A stretch of 64,000 bases of DNA from Diplonema japonicum (GCA_964019335.1 OZ025685.1:124001-188000), one strand, 5' to 3'; positions 33,901-45,283 are shown, numbered from the stretch's first letter. Notes: generated by a model not told the origin, from the sequence alone. Numbers and translations are program-made.

Positions 33901-36142
33901 ACTCCGCATCTGCCAACCCTTCGCAACAGACGAGGCACTCAGACTCGAACACGAGGGTGCCTTGTCACACCTCGCAGAAGTGGAATCAATGTTCTTACCC
34001 CTGAGGTGGATGTGGCATCTTTGGCTGTGGGTCACAAGCGGCTACAGGTCCGTGGTGGAGGAACACGAAGGATCCATCGACAAGAGCATTGTGCGGGGGA
34101 TCGAGGAGAGTGTGGAAATCGCCGTCTCGAACTGCGCAACGCAACAAGACATCAACTACCTGACGATGAAGTCCATCGCGATGGACATGAGCAGGGACCC
34201 TTCTTGGGACACGCTGTACACAAAGCTACGGGAGGTACAGAGGACAATGAAAAACGGGTACGCGCAGAGGGTGCAGCAACTGCCGGGCAAGAACGAGCAG
34301 ATGTCAGGTGACCGGACGTGGGATGAGCTATACTCGGATGAAGGGTCTGATGACGACGTGAACAGAGAACCGACAGTCTACAACATGGAGTGCACGTTGG
34401 AAGAACTGATTGAGCGTGATGGGGCAGATGGGGGGGGTGCGCCGAACACCTATTTCGACATGAAGGGCGTCGTTGAGGACATAGTCGACCTGGCCCTCGT
34501 GGAGGCGGTGGACGCGAATAACATCCGTGTTGCTGGACAGGCTTTGTCAGACATGATCACCATCATCGAGTGGCTAGACAGCATGGTGAACGACGCTGTC
34601 GTCCTCACCTTGAAGGAACAAGCAGTGGACGTCACCTACGAGGAGAATAAGTCCTTCAAGAAGGTGTGGTACGACATCTTCAACGACGGAGATGCTGCCG
34701 AAGACGCCATAGAACCTATTTCCTCAGATGAAGAGGATGACGAGGCAGGTGTGTACCAACAAGGCAGTGCCTACATTGTGAACACCCCCGAAGAGGGTGT
34801 GAGGGTCTGCATGGCCAAGGCCATGAACTCTGTATCCCAATGTGAGGAGCTGCTGAAGGTGATCGCCTCGGCTCAGGAAGTAGCGGAGCTTACAGACAGC
34901 ATTTCCGACTACGACACTGCGGTTGCCAAGCAGGTTTCCATCATCAAGAACAGCCTTGGTCCTGGTGCTGGTGCTGCTGCAAGCGTAAACGCGCCTACCC
35001 CTACTGCCCTAGCAGGGAACCAATCCATAGCATCCCTCACCACCCCCGCCCGCCAGTCGGTTGCGATACCGCACAAGGACGCATCTATCCTCGCGACACC
35101 AAACCCCAGCCACAGCACGCGCCCGCTTCGATACGATACTCCTACAGACCACGGTGCCACCCCTGCAGCTGAGACGGAGTTTCCTGTTACGCTGCCCGCG
35201 GCGGAGCTCGTGATGGTGTCGAGCGATTACCAGGAGTTCCCCTTGAAGAGCGTGGATGTCAGCAGATGTGTTGCGCTGCAGAATGCGAAAGGGAGCATCA
35301 GGTTCCCGGCGGTCCACTCGTCGCAGCTTGCGGTGGTGGCGCAGTTCATGAGGCTGCAGGATGAACAGCTGGCCGGGTTTTTGAGGACCTTCGACAGCGT
35401 CTTGGCAGAGCAACAGTTGGACCCGAATGAGATGTTGGGATTAGGCGTGCAACTGAAGGCACCATTATTGGTGGCACGGGTCGCTGGCATGGTGTATGGG
35501 ACACCGCTTGCAGGAGGGCCCGACTCAGCAGGGTTCGCATATAATACAGATTCAGCGAAACAACTGTGGAACGCGACAGAAGTAACATTCATGCCTTTTG
35601 GGATACACGACTGGCTGAGGTGGTCTGAGCTGTCGGGAGGGTCAGTAGAACCGACATTGGATGTGTGCTGGTGGGGGAGATATCACAAAGAGACGGCATC
35701 TTCACAGGGGTCCTTGCCGTATGTGGAGCATGAGGGTTCATGGAAGCAGATGTATGCAGAGTCGCGTGTGAAGGCGTTCTTGTCTCGTGGCCTTCAAGCC
35801 ATCCCAAGCGAGGAAATCGCACTGTGGAATGGAGCCTTTGGTGCCCTCGTGGAATACATATCTTTCAAAGACTGCAACATCGGTGATGATGAAATGGAAG
35901 TCTTCACCACGTGCTGCTCCAACGTGAAGTCCTTGGATATCTCTCTCACCAGCTGCTCCGATCTCTCGGTAGGCTACATCACCACCCGCTGCCCTTCACT
36001 CATAGATGTGAACGCGGACGGGGCGAATGTATGTAGAAAAAAGAAGAAGAAGAAAAAAATGAACTTAAAACCACAGATGACACCTGGTGCCGTCCAACGT
36101 CTCTTAGCCTTCGCCAGTTCCAACAGTGCTTCTGTAAGGTAG
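30905..36142 (+). CDS. Large (~1730 aa) hypothetical protein with degenerate WW-like N-terminus and C-terminal leucine-rich repeats; intron 36029-36076
   Basis: Uninterrupted 5.2-kb ORF; LRR-like IGDDEM...NVKSLDIS...RCPSLIDVN; 48-nt A-rich GT-AG intron in frame. Confidence 0.8.
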   Translation: MADGSTPPPPPDLPDTVPTFAADAADGSSNKGEAAGDEGQQKKKSKDIQQVGLSVYIRKKIKQEDKEGKAKTKTFWILEGKAYDDKEFVWEERRAKEGHIQYRSAATGKSTRTLPDVGPTKSALGGDGSASLSPKRLKRDPTDGWDADKKAAIQSYIKKKLSKPTKEDLITPEVQKILVKNVADKHMAENPPFTGDSLPADIEKTLSEEAKTALNTWLSEKNEATEKLRAAVDYTDLNFIDQTPLDDEAVLPDKPNREPPAPLSPFVPRANYLRDPYYYMRLDFPNPRRGKLEEDLEARLFFNPSLGEVKVMGAINGWLCHPSDPKQNQQTIIAVIRDWVGACCLAYIQPPGPVSADYSITAIHPLCEHLDMGKLLGKQAGSDSLRGITVVDDQRHVLGFKNQDDHKYLDLLLKLAMCSMYAQGSDDGRVVAMRARSVEFAWNHTQPIAEETAIGKLNMLMTATEEELSTGGDSTRQVDTLVHDIRMYMLGAENRDEVLRKWVASVQRNRDPSTSLILRQLRIVEEAIRYPSPTNDPFLHEGVLQRLSQLQLQLSRADTQESIPWNLHPARLTSLWKTMVPHVQEFKSREAVPDVPFETCFEPAPSSEAAFIQKANIEQRRFNYSQDQLPPGVYLSALVYCGDEILSDAHHNLPCELVKEQYSSMVAKELHRDSDDFKWILQHGSDPEWADDIQTYSQVYDNSGTMRFRALFVEAAKRLQAQLGRQDLGFIFDNVILQKEVQCIQIVTVLRLTEKNDVPIHSPTHVGWGWRPAADVEYTTYLKSFKIRASTRVAFMHDGYNNCQRWIHAAIKYREAMDNALQPGLYLAYFGVCPSSSGFRMMVSETHRFLLPLAKVQTEFPTLEEWRWVQCVNEKKRRVGSFEWHTVSTTIKATSEGPELPTFRHRFLRAVFEMQETVGKDVQHIFDMEVISFDEMGKIKVIAVGERFLDEPPKHTPPLGTTACCFKNFEMVEATYFEQYWQRAWKLFSNARSSADAMQLRICQPFATDEALRLEHEGALSHLAEVESMFLPLRWMWHLWLWVTSGYRSVVEEHEGSIDKSIVRGIEESVEIAVSNCATQQDINYLTMKSIAMDMSRDPSWDTLYTKLREVQRTMKNGYAQRVQQLPGKNEQMSGDRTWDELYSDEGSDDDVNREPTVYNMECTLEELIERDGADGGGAPNTYFDMKGVVEDIVDLALVEAVDANNIRVAGQALSDMITIIEWLDSMVNDAVVLTLKEQAVDVTYEENKSFKKVWYDIFNDGDAAEDAIEPISSDEEDDEAGVYQQGSAYIVNTPEEGVRVCMAKAMNSVSQCEELLKVIASAQEVAELTDSISDYDTAVAKQVSIIKNSLGPGAGAAASVNAPTPTALAGNQSIASLTTPARQSVAIPHKDASILATPNPSHSTRPLRYDTPTDHGATPAAETEFPVTLPAAELVMVSSDYQEFPLKSVDVSRCVALQNAKGSIRFPAVHSSQLAVVAQFMRLQDEQLAGFLRTFDSVLAEQQLDPNEMLGLGVQLKAPLLVARVAGMVYGTPLAGGPDSAGFAYNTDSAKQLWNATEVTFMPFGIHDWLRWSELSGGSVEPTLDVCWWGRYHKETASSQGSLPYVEHEGSWKQMYAESRVKAFLSRGLQAIPSEEIALWNGAFGALVEYISFKDCNIGDDEMEVFTTCCSNVKSLDISLTSCSDLSVGYITTRCPSLIDVNADGANVCRKKKKKKKMNLKPQMTPGAVQRLLAFASSNSASVR

Positions 36143-36215
36143 GCTGTTTCTCTTTGGGGGGGGGGGGGGGGGGGGGGTTTCTTCCTCCCGAGACTAGAAT
36201 AGAACCTTCTTTTTT

Positions 36216-36257
36216 TCAGGCGTCCTGCCACATACCGCAGGTACCCTTAAATGTCTC
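36216..36257 (+). repeat. 42-nt dispersed motif followed by poly(T), copy 2
   Basis: 41/42 identical to 13081-13122. Confidence 0.85.
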
Positions 36258-36454
36258 TTTTTTTTTTTTTTTTTTCTTTTTTTTTCTCCCTTAGATTTAT
36301 TATGGTAAGATTTTCTTTTTCCCCCCTCTCCCCTTTGCGCTCTCCCCTTATTATCCCATGTTAGATTTATTGTGGTTCTGCAACTCACCCCGCACCCCCC
36401 TTTTTTTTCATATCAGCCAAACAAAAAAATCTTTTTTTCCAGTGGGCCGCTTGT

Positions 36455-37570
36455 ATGGCGGGGTTAAAATGCGCGAACTGCGACGCCACACAAGAAGAAG
36501 AAGCAGACAGGTGGCATTATTGTGTGGAGTGTAAAAAAACACTGTGTTTTGCGTGCGTGGGGACCGCACACCTCTTGGGGTCGAGAAGGAGCGGGCATGC
36601 CTTGGAGAGGGTGGTGAAGAGCGGTGCTGTAGGACACATGATCTACAGCATTATAGGTGTCGTGCTGGTCTTGTTCTTTGCATTCAACACAGCATCACTG
36701 GAAAGCGAATACATACAAACACAGCACTGCCCTGTCGTTGCACGCCTTCGCAAGGCCACCATGTATGATGCCTTGGCACACTACCACCTGAAGCATCGCT
36801 GGGCGATTGCTTGCGATGGTGAGGACAGCCTGTGGCGTTTCTACACCGATGCATGGTACCGAACGGTAGTTACTCACAATGACTCTTGGTACCTTCTCAT
36901 CTTGCAGACGAAGGCTGCTGTTGTTGGGTGTGGGTTCCTTCTCCTTGCTTCGCCTGTCATGTACTTGGGTTTCGGTGTTGTTGCGATGTTGGTTCACATT
37001 GCAGAGATGCAGCTCCTCCCTCTCCCCCCTGCCTTCGTTGAGAGGGTTTTTGAGTTCATGGCCATTGCCTTCCACACACCGCTTGACTCGCTTTTCGATT
37101 TTTTTAAAATCACACCCTTGGGCTCTTTGTACATGGGGCTTCACCTTGTGGGGCATAGTTCACATCTGCAACCTATTCCGCCTTGCACGTCGCCTGCACA
37201 AGGTTCTCATGATTGGTCCTATTATGTGAAGCGCCACACGCGGTATTACAGGTTCTTTTACAGCTCCTTCCGGTCGCACTTTGAGAAGCTTGTCCTTGTC
37301 AGCCTCTCCGTCACGTTCGTCTTCCGGTTCGTGTCGTTGTGGTGGGACTTGTCGCCTGTGTTCTCGCGGGCCATCGCCATTCTCAGTCTCGAACCTGTTT
37401 ATGAAATGCACCTCGCGGACACTTCTGTCCACCCGGAGCCCATCCCCGTCATCCTCGAGGCTATCCTCAAAAATGTGCTGGACGATGCCATCAGCATACC
37501 CTCGCTGGTGTTCCTCACAACGGTGGGGTATATGTTGATTGGGCACACTTGGAAAAGAATGATGGAGTGA
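36455..37570 (+). CDS. Membrane protein with N-terminal B-box-like zinc finger
   Basis: CxxC...CVEC...CFAC...H...GH followed by several hydrophobic segments. Confidence 0.65.
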   Translation: MAGLKCANCDATQEEEADRWHYCVECKKTLCFACVGTAHLLGSRRSGHALERVVKSGAVGHMIYSIIGVVLVLFFAFNTASLESEYIQTQHCPVVARLRKATMYDALAHYHLKHRWAIACDGEDSLWRFYTDAWYRTVVTHNDSWYLLILQTKAAVVGCGFLLLASPVMYLGFGVVAMLVHIAEMQLLPLPPAFVERVFEFMAIAFHTPLDSLFDFFKITPLGSLYMGLHLVGHSSHLQPIPPCTSPAQGSHDWSYYVKRHTRYYRFFYSSFRSHFEKLVLVSLSVTFVFRFVSLWWDLSPVFSRAIAILSLEPVYEMHLADTSVHPEPIPVILEAILKNVLDDAISIPSLVFLTTVGYMLIGHTWKRMME

Positions 37571-37615
37571 GGAACCGGAGAGTTAGAGATGGAAAATCGG
37601 ACACATTGGTGTCCC

Positions 37616-37650
<35 letters not shown>

Positions 37651-37824
37651 CTTTTCTTTTTGTTAAAAAGAACTTAAACACTTACCTAACCCACCCTTTT
37701 TTTTTGTCTTGCCCTTTGTTTGCCTGCCGCCTTCTAGAGTGAGCCACACAGACAAAGCCATAAAAAGAACAAAAGAAGAGGGGGGAAAACACACACACAC
37801 ACACACACACATACACGAAACGAA

Positions 37825-39747
37825 ATGGTTGCGTCCCGTGATGCCCTGTTGCTGTGCTTGGTGTCGATTGTTGGTGTTGGTGCGAACACAGCCACCACGA
37901 CTATAACCTTGCCCACAGCAACGGAATCGACAACTGTGTCGCTGCCCACAGGGACTTCTTCGGAATCAATGTCAATGACACTTGACACCGGCACAGAGTC
38001 CATCACTTCCACACTGCCTACGGCCACCGAATCCACCTCCATAACGATGCCTACTCAAACACAGAGCACAACCATTACCCTTGCAACAGGCACCGCGTCC
38101 GGCACTGTCACAATACCTACAAAAACAGAGTCAACAACGGTTTCACTCGTCACCGGCACTGCGAGCATTACGTATACACTGCCCACGGGAACCGCCTCCA
38201 CAACAATCACGTTGCCCACGGGGACAGAGACCTCGACCATTTCGCTGCCAACAGGGTCTGCTTCGTCCACTGTCACGATGCCCTCTGGAACGGTGTCAGG
38301 CACTGCAACACTGCCGACTGTAACTAGTAGTGTTAGTCTCACCCTTCCCACTGGAACGGCGTCGAGCACAGTTACTCTCCCTACTGGGACAGAAACGGTT
38401 TCACTCACGATGCCCACGAGTACCCTTACCACGACTTTAACGCTTTTTACCGCGACCTCCACGAGTACCATTACTCTGCCTACAAAAACAGAGTCAACAA
38501 CGGTTTCACTCGTCACCGGCACTGCGAGTACTACGTACACACTGCCCACGGGAACCGCCTCCACAACAATCACGTTGCCCACGGGGACGCTTACCACGAC
38601 TTTAACGCTTCCTACCGTGACCTCTACCAGTACCATCACGCTGCCAACGATGACGATCAGTCAAACGTTTTCGCTGCCCACAAGGACAGACTCGAGGACC
38701 ATGTCACTCCGAACCAGTACAGAGTCCGTTTCAATTTCTGTCGGAACCAGGACCCAGACGACCACCGTTACCCTACCCACAGATACTCTATCGACCACGT
38801 ACTCTCTTGAAACAAGGACTTCGTCCGCTTCCCTCCCGACTGAGACTGACACATACACCCATGACCAGGCACTCCCCACGTGGGTCCCTTTCTGGTACTA
38901 TCAGGGACCGTTCCCGACAGATATTATCAATGTGTGGCCGACAGAGGTAGTTATGACAGACAAAACGCAGTTCGCTTTCACTGGATATAAAGCGGATGAG
39001 GGTTTGCCTGTAGTGTTCCTCCGTCAACCAGAGGCAGGGGCGAGGAACTACAACATCTGTGCAGAACTGGTATGAATGGAAAGAAGTATAAATAGAGCTA
39101 ACACAACACAGCTTCCCAACACGGACTGGGCGGTGGAAAGCATGAACAAGCTGGGTGTGACGAACCACCTGACGGAGACCTTGAACAACGGGACGCAGAC
39201 ATTCCACGTGTCCATTAACTATTACCAAAGGGAAGACCTTGTTGTGGACACAACGACACTGGAGAGCACGCAGGTGGGGTCATGGAAGACGACGGAGCCT
39301 GTCCCGTACTACGTGTGCGTGCGCCCTGACGACAACGGGTGGAATGCCCTCACAACACAGGTGTGGGTGAAGCAAGAGAACTCGACAGAAGCTTACTACG
39401 GTTACCAGTCATGCGAGCAACTGATGGCGGCTCACACAGAGTTCTGCGGGTGTTACTTCTCAGTGGGGAGCTACACAAATGACGACAACAAGCCAGCACT
39501 GGCGTCCGCGCGGACCACAGGGTGGGTGAACATCGACAGCACGTACCCCACAAACCTGCTGCTTGATATCGATGTGAAGTCGCGGTACAGGTCAGGCTGC
39601 TGTGCCTCCTTGTCGATGGAGAACTCCGCCCTCACCAAGGACTACCCCTTTGAATCTGTCGCTTCCAGTACCGGAGGCTACCTCTTTCGTTCCTGGGGGA
39701 CCTGCGCCACCAGCGACCAGAGCTATAAGGCGAGTATTGTGTATTAA
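37825..39747 (+). CDS. Secreted Thr-rich 11-aa-repeat protein, paralogue A; exons 37825-39069, 39112-39747
   Basis: Signal peptide, ~28 TxTxxTxxxLP-type repeats, Cys-containing C-terminal domain; intron 39070-39111. Confidence 0.85.
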
Positions 39748-39783
39748 GAAACCGAAAAATATATAAAAGAAGAAATGGAAATA

Positions 39784-39926
39784 CTGTAAAATGAAAAGTG
39801 CCGAACTGACAAGTGTCTGAGTTCCCCCCCCTTCGAAGCAGGACCATTTTCTGCCCTGGAATTCTTCATGTCGGAAGTTTTCCCGCCCGGACATTTGTCA
39901 GCCCCCCCGGCACCTTTTCGTTACAG
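39784..39926. mobile_element. Tc1/mariner-type MITE
   Basis: TA|CTGTAA...TTACAG|TA with further paired blocks AAAGTGCCG/CGGCACCTTT and CTGACAAGTGTC/GACATTTGTCAG. Confidence 0.65.
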
Positions 39927-40070
39927 TATGCGACACCGCCGTTTTTCCAAGCGGCATTAAATTTGTTATTCGGCGCAAGTTGTCAAAGAAAAAAGTGTGT
40001 TTCTTCGTTCCATCCATCACAGCTTCATGAGGCCCTGACAACTGCCGAAAGTGTCCATATCGCAGAGGAG

Positions 40071-42225
40071 ATGCGGCTGTGGTCTGTAGTGCTAGTCGGC
40101 GTGGCCCTTGTAGACAAAGGGTTGTGGGGCAGTGCCACGAAAACAACGACGATCACCCTGGGGACGAGGACAGAGACAGTCACTGTGACGCTGCCTACGG
40201 GAACTGTTTCTGTGTCTCTGCCGACGTTGAGCCCCAGCGGCACAATACCCACTGGGACAGACACTTTTTCTCTTTCATTGCCCACACTTACTGAAACGCT
40301 GTCAGTGTCTGAGAGCGCCAGCACCACTGGTTCCTTCTCCGCGACTTTGCCGTCAGGCACCGCGTCGCTTACTGAGACATTCTCCCTTACCCCCTCAGAG
40401 ACGATAACTGAGTCCATAACCATCACGCTTCCCACGGGCACTGCGACAGTCAGTCTCACGGAGTCCGAATCGCTCTCATGGAGCGCTACCTTTTCCCTTC
40501 CTACAGAGTCTGCGACGGTGTCGCTGACAGCCACCGCTTCCCCGACAGAAACAGTAACCATTTCCTTGCCCACATCAACAGAGACTATCAGCTTGTCCAT
40601 GAGTCTTACAAACACAATAACGGACACTGGGACGTTTACAGCGACCCTCCCCACCGTCACAAGCACGGTTACTTCCACAGATACGTCTACTCTCTCGCTT
40701 CCCACGAGCACCATAACGCTGACGGGGACGGATACTTACTCGCTGACAGAGACTTTTAGTTTGTCGGCGACCTTCACGCTTCCCACGTTGACAGGTTCTG
40801 AGAGTCTCACGCTCACGGAGACGGCCACGCAGAGCGAGACGCTCACTATGACAATCAGCATCTCCTTGCCCACAGCGTCGTCTAGTCTTTCGTTGACAGA
40901 AAGTCTTACCCACACCATGTCACTATCGCTCTCTTCTACCTTCACGCTGCCCACGGAGACAGGATCTATTAGTCTGACCCTTACCGAGAGCTTAACAGCA
41001 ACATACACGCTTCCAACTGCGAGTGAGTCGAGCACTATCACACTGTCGTTGCCCACACGATCTGAATCCATCACCCTCACACAGACCGAGACGATCAGTC
41101 TGTCCCTTCCTACAGGGACCCTCACACTGACGCATACTTTCTCGCTACCTACCGCTACTGAAACCCTCTCTCTCTCAGAGACTCTCTCTGTTTCTCTGTC
41201 GCTGCCTACAGCTACGGAGTCACATTCTCTGTCCTCCACCTACTCGCTCACGCTGACCTTCACCATGACCCTCACTGTCCCAACTGCAACCGTCACGCTC
41301 ACACTCCCCACTGCAACAGACACCCTCACATTATTTCAATCCCTCCCCTTGTGGTCTCCATACTGGTATTATGAGGAGCCTTATGCGTCAGATGTGTTTG
41401 GTGTCTCCCCCACAGAAGTGGTCATGTCAGACGAGACTGCCTTCTCCTTCACCGGATATAGGGCCAAGGCTGGCATACCAGTGGTGTTCCTCCGTCAACC
41501 GGAGGCAGGGGCGAGGAACTACAACATCTGTGCAGAACTGGTATGGGTGGAAGGACATGGGCTAAAACTCATTCTTTTTTTTTTAACAGCTTCCCAACAC
41601 GGACTGGGCGGTGGAAAGCATGAACAAGCTGGGTGTGACGAACCACCTGACGGAGACCTTGAACAACGGGACGCAGACATTCCACGTGTCCATTAACTAT
41701 TACCAAAGGGAAGACCTTGTTGTGGACACAACGACACTGGAGAGCACGCAGGTGGGGTCATGGAAGACGACGGAGCCTGTCCCGTACTACGTGTGCGTGC
41801 GCCCTGACGACAACGGGTGGAATGCCCTCACAACACAGGTGTGGGTGAAGCAAGAGAACTCGACAGAAGCTTACTACGGTTACCAGTCATGCGAGCAACT
41901 GATGGCGGCTCACACAGAGTTCTGCGGGTGTTACTTCTCAGTGGGGAGCTACACAAATGACGACAACAAGCCAGCACTGGCGTCCGCGCGGACCACAGGG
42001 TGGGTGAACATCGACAGCACGTACCCCACAAACCTGCTGCTTGATATCGATGTGAAGTCGCGGTACAGGTCAGGCTGCTGTGCCTCCTTGTCGATGGAGA
42101 ACTCCGCCCTCACCAAGGACTACCCCTTTGAATCTGTCGCTTCCAGTACCGGAGGCTACCTCTTTCGTTCCTGGGGGACCTGCGCCACCAGCGACCAGAG
42201 CTATAAGGCGAGTATTGTGTATTAA
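40071..42225 (+). CDS. Secreted Thr/Ser-rich repeat protein, paralogue B; exons 40071-41540, 41590-42225
   Basis: Signal-like N-terminus from ATG 40071; exon 2 appears identical to paralogue A; intron 41541-41589. Confidence 0.85.
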
Positions 42226-42320
42226 GAAACCGTAAGTTAACTTGGGATGCAAGCAAACCCGTTTTTTCCAAGATGCGCTTGTCTGTCATTTTGTTATAAA
42301 TTTCGTCTTTTTTTTTTTTT

Positions 42321-43675
42321 CGGGCGCGCTCTTGAACATCGCACTACCGGGCCACACACACGACCCTCTTGCTGCCTTTGCCTACAAGACGGCGGGCACC
42401 GTCCTGAGGCTAGCGGAAAATCGAAGAATACGAAAGCGTGCAAGAAAGATCCGGAAGAAGTACACGAAGAATATGAGGTCCGCTGGTCCCATAGGAACAC
42501 TCCTGCGTCTTCTGGAACCAGCCAAGCTCGGATGGCCTTGGGCCAGGGCCCTCTTGGGCGTGCATAAAGCTGCCAGAGGGCGAGTGACGAAAGCGATCAG
42601 AAGGAACGCAGTTGCCAAAGGCAGACCCTCCTTTATTGGTGTCGGCCGCGCAATTGACGAAGTCCGCACTAACGAGGTGTGGAAGAGTGCCAGGTCCGTG
42701 CAAGAGGAACGACTTGGCTTGAGGATGATCACGGGTGCCATGTTCCGCAGCTACCCGATCGTCGAACCAGAGGTACAATGTATTGGGTGTGAGGCGCTCT
42801 TCACCACGCAAGACGAGTACACCATACACACGTTCTGGAAATGCAAGGCACACGAAGAGGTACGCGGTGCACCTGAGTTCGCCCCTGCAATGCATGCATA
42901 CAGGCAAGAGGGGATCACACGCTGCCTTGCACTACACGGCATCATCCCTCTGGAATGTAAGACGGAACGGCCAGAGGTAATACAACAGATGCTGCTTGCG
43001 ATCATCAGGAGAGTGAGCGCGAAGCAGGAAACGAAGAAGGCCGCGGTAGAAAGGTTCCCTTGGAACAGACCGCTGGTTGGAAGAGGGTGCTCGGTGCCAA
43101 GCCTGGATTGGTACAAGAACAACGGACTGAAACACTTCCAAGGGGATACGATTGTCCCAGAAGTGCTCAAATGGCTTCGCATGCTGCAGTGGAGCCCACA
43201 TGGTTCAGTCTCAAGGATAGAGCTCGCACTCGACTTTGAGGCCACGACCAAACAGCTCATCTTGGAAGATACGGCTGACGTACGTAAGCGTGCAAACCGG
43301 CTAGCTAAAGTTCTGACAAAACTGTCAGAGGTGGCCGAAAAGAAAGCACGACCCCCTCCTATCCCCGGGAAACCTTTCTTGACATCCTCCCTCCGATCCA
43401 TTGGTGCAAACAAACGGATCCGAGGGTATACCTGCAGACCCACATTCGCATCGTACGACAAGGTGCGCTTCATCCTCGAACAGCGACTCGCAACCGGTTC
43501 ACCGGGGAGAGACGACTGGAGCGACAAGTTCGTGCCGACCTACCTCGAACCTACCCGAAGTATCCCCACCCCATCTGCCGATAAAAATGCAGCGACGCAG
43601 AAGGGTAACAACACAAGATAGACCCCCCACCACGCTGCACACTTAACGCCAAATAGTGTTGCAACCAAAGCCCCA
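42321..43675 (+). mobile_element. 5'-truncated non-LTR retrotransposon (ORF C-terminus with CCHC knuckle)
   Basis: CIGC...TIHTFWKC knuckle and VLKWLRMLQW...IELALDFE; flanked by T13 and T22. Confidence 0.78.
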
Positions 43676-43788
43676 TTTTTTTTTTTTTTTTTTTTTTCTT
43701 GTTCCCTTCTACTTTCATAACTTCATTCCCTCCAGGCATCAGGGTCGACAAATAAAAGGATAAATTAAAAAAGAGACCTTAATGCGAG

Positions 43789-45283
43789 ATGAAGCTGACT
43801 AGCATTTTGTTCACGCTGCTGCTGCTCGGTGGGTGTGAGGGGATTTATTTCGAGGTGTGCAACTCAAGAAAAAAAAAGAAGAAGAAAAAAAAAAAAAAAA
43901 CAGATACGACATGCCCAAAGGGAATGCTTTTTGTTGGAAATGCCTGCCAAGGTGACGGCAGTGCAAGGAAAGTGGGATGTGTTTGCAAACGGAGCGACGG
44001 TGAGCCTAGAGGCTACGGTATGAGAAGAAGGGAGAAAAAAAAAAGAAGGGAAAACCAACATACACGGTAACCAAATAACTTTTTTCCACCGTCGCCTTAA
44101 ACCTCCAACTTTTTCTCCACCATCCACGGTAACCTACAACTTTTTTTCCACTTTTTACTGTAACCACCAACAATTTCCCTTATGCAACCACTAACTTTTT
44201 TTCCACCGTCCACGGTAACCTCCGACATTTTTACTCCTCATTGGGGTTTGGTACGAAATGTAGCGAGGGGGGCAAAACATGATGTCATAGCAAAAGAAAA
44301 GGAAAAAAGACCTTTTAAGAGAAATGGGTGACTACCCTTAAGGCTGGGACTACAACCGGGACAGCACTTCAAGGAGTGATTGCGGTTGTGGCGCAGCTGT
44401 TGAGCAATGAGGGTTCTTACAAGTTGCTGCATTTATTTTCCCTTTCTCTCTCACTTCGCTTCCTCTTTGCTGGCCTATCTGTAACTTCGTGACAACAGGG
44501 GGCTTGAGGTCATCCTTGGCATATTCACAGGCAGGGGGGCGAGGGGTGGAGAAGTACATCAGACGCAAGATACCTCGGCTTTGACTTTAAATCGTCTTTG
44601 GAAATCGCCCTTGCCAACTTCCAGGAGAAATTCTTGGTGTCTTTTTCGAGCCCTGGCTGTGCCTACACGTTTTTCCCAAGTGCACACACACCTCCACCGT
44701 GGACGTTGAAAAAAAAGTTGTGGGTTTCCGTGGATGGTGGAAAAAAAGTTTTGGGTTACCGTGGACGGTGGAAAAAAAGTTCTTACTTACATGGTTTGGT
44801 GGAAATAAAAAAATAGGTTACTGTGGAGAGTGGAAAATTTTTACAAAAAACCATTTGAGTGGAAAAAAAGTTGTAGGTTACCGTAAACAGTGGTGGAAAT
44901 TCTGCTTACAGACTTGAGTGGAAAAAAGTTATTTGGTTACCGTACGTTGTTTTTCTCAAAAAAGAAAGAAAGAAAACAGAACACGAGACGCGATGTGGTT
45001 TACACGACACAAGTGGTGGAAATGAGAAATAGTTTCACCTTTCAAAGCACAGGAGATATGGGGTCCTACAACATCTGTTGGAGAAGTGAAAACCGAGAGA
45101 GGAACGCTGTCACTAAGATAAAATTTGAACTGCATGTTGCGCATGCGAGCAACGACAGACTGAAGAAAGCAAAGGCCACCCCGAAACAGAGCGGTGCCGT
45201 GAAGGACGAAGCTCCTACTGCAGACGAGCTCGAAGATTTTCATTTCGAGATGGAACACGCGGAGGGCTTGGTGTGAACAAAAA

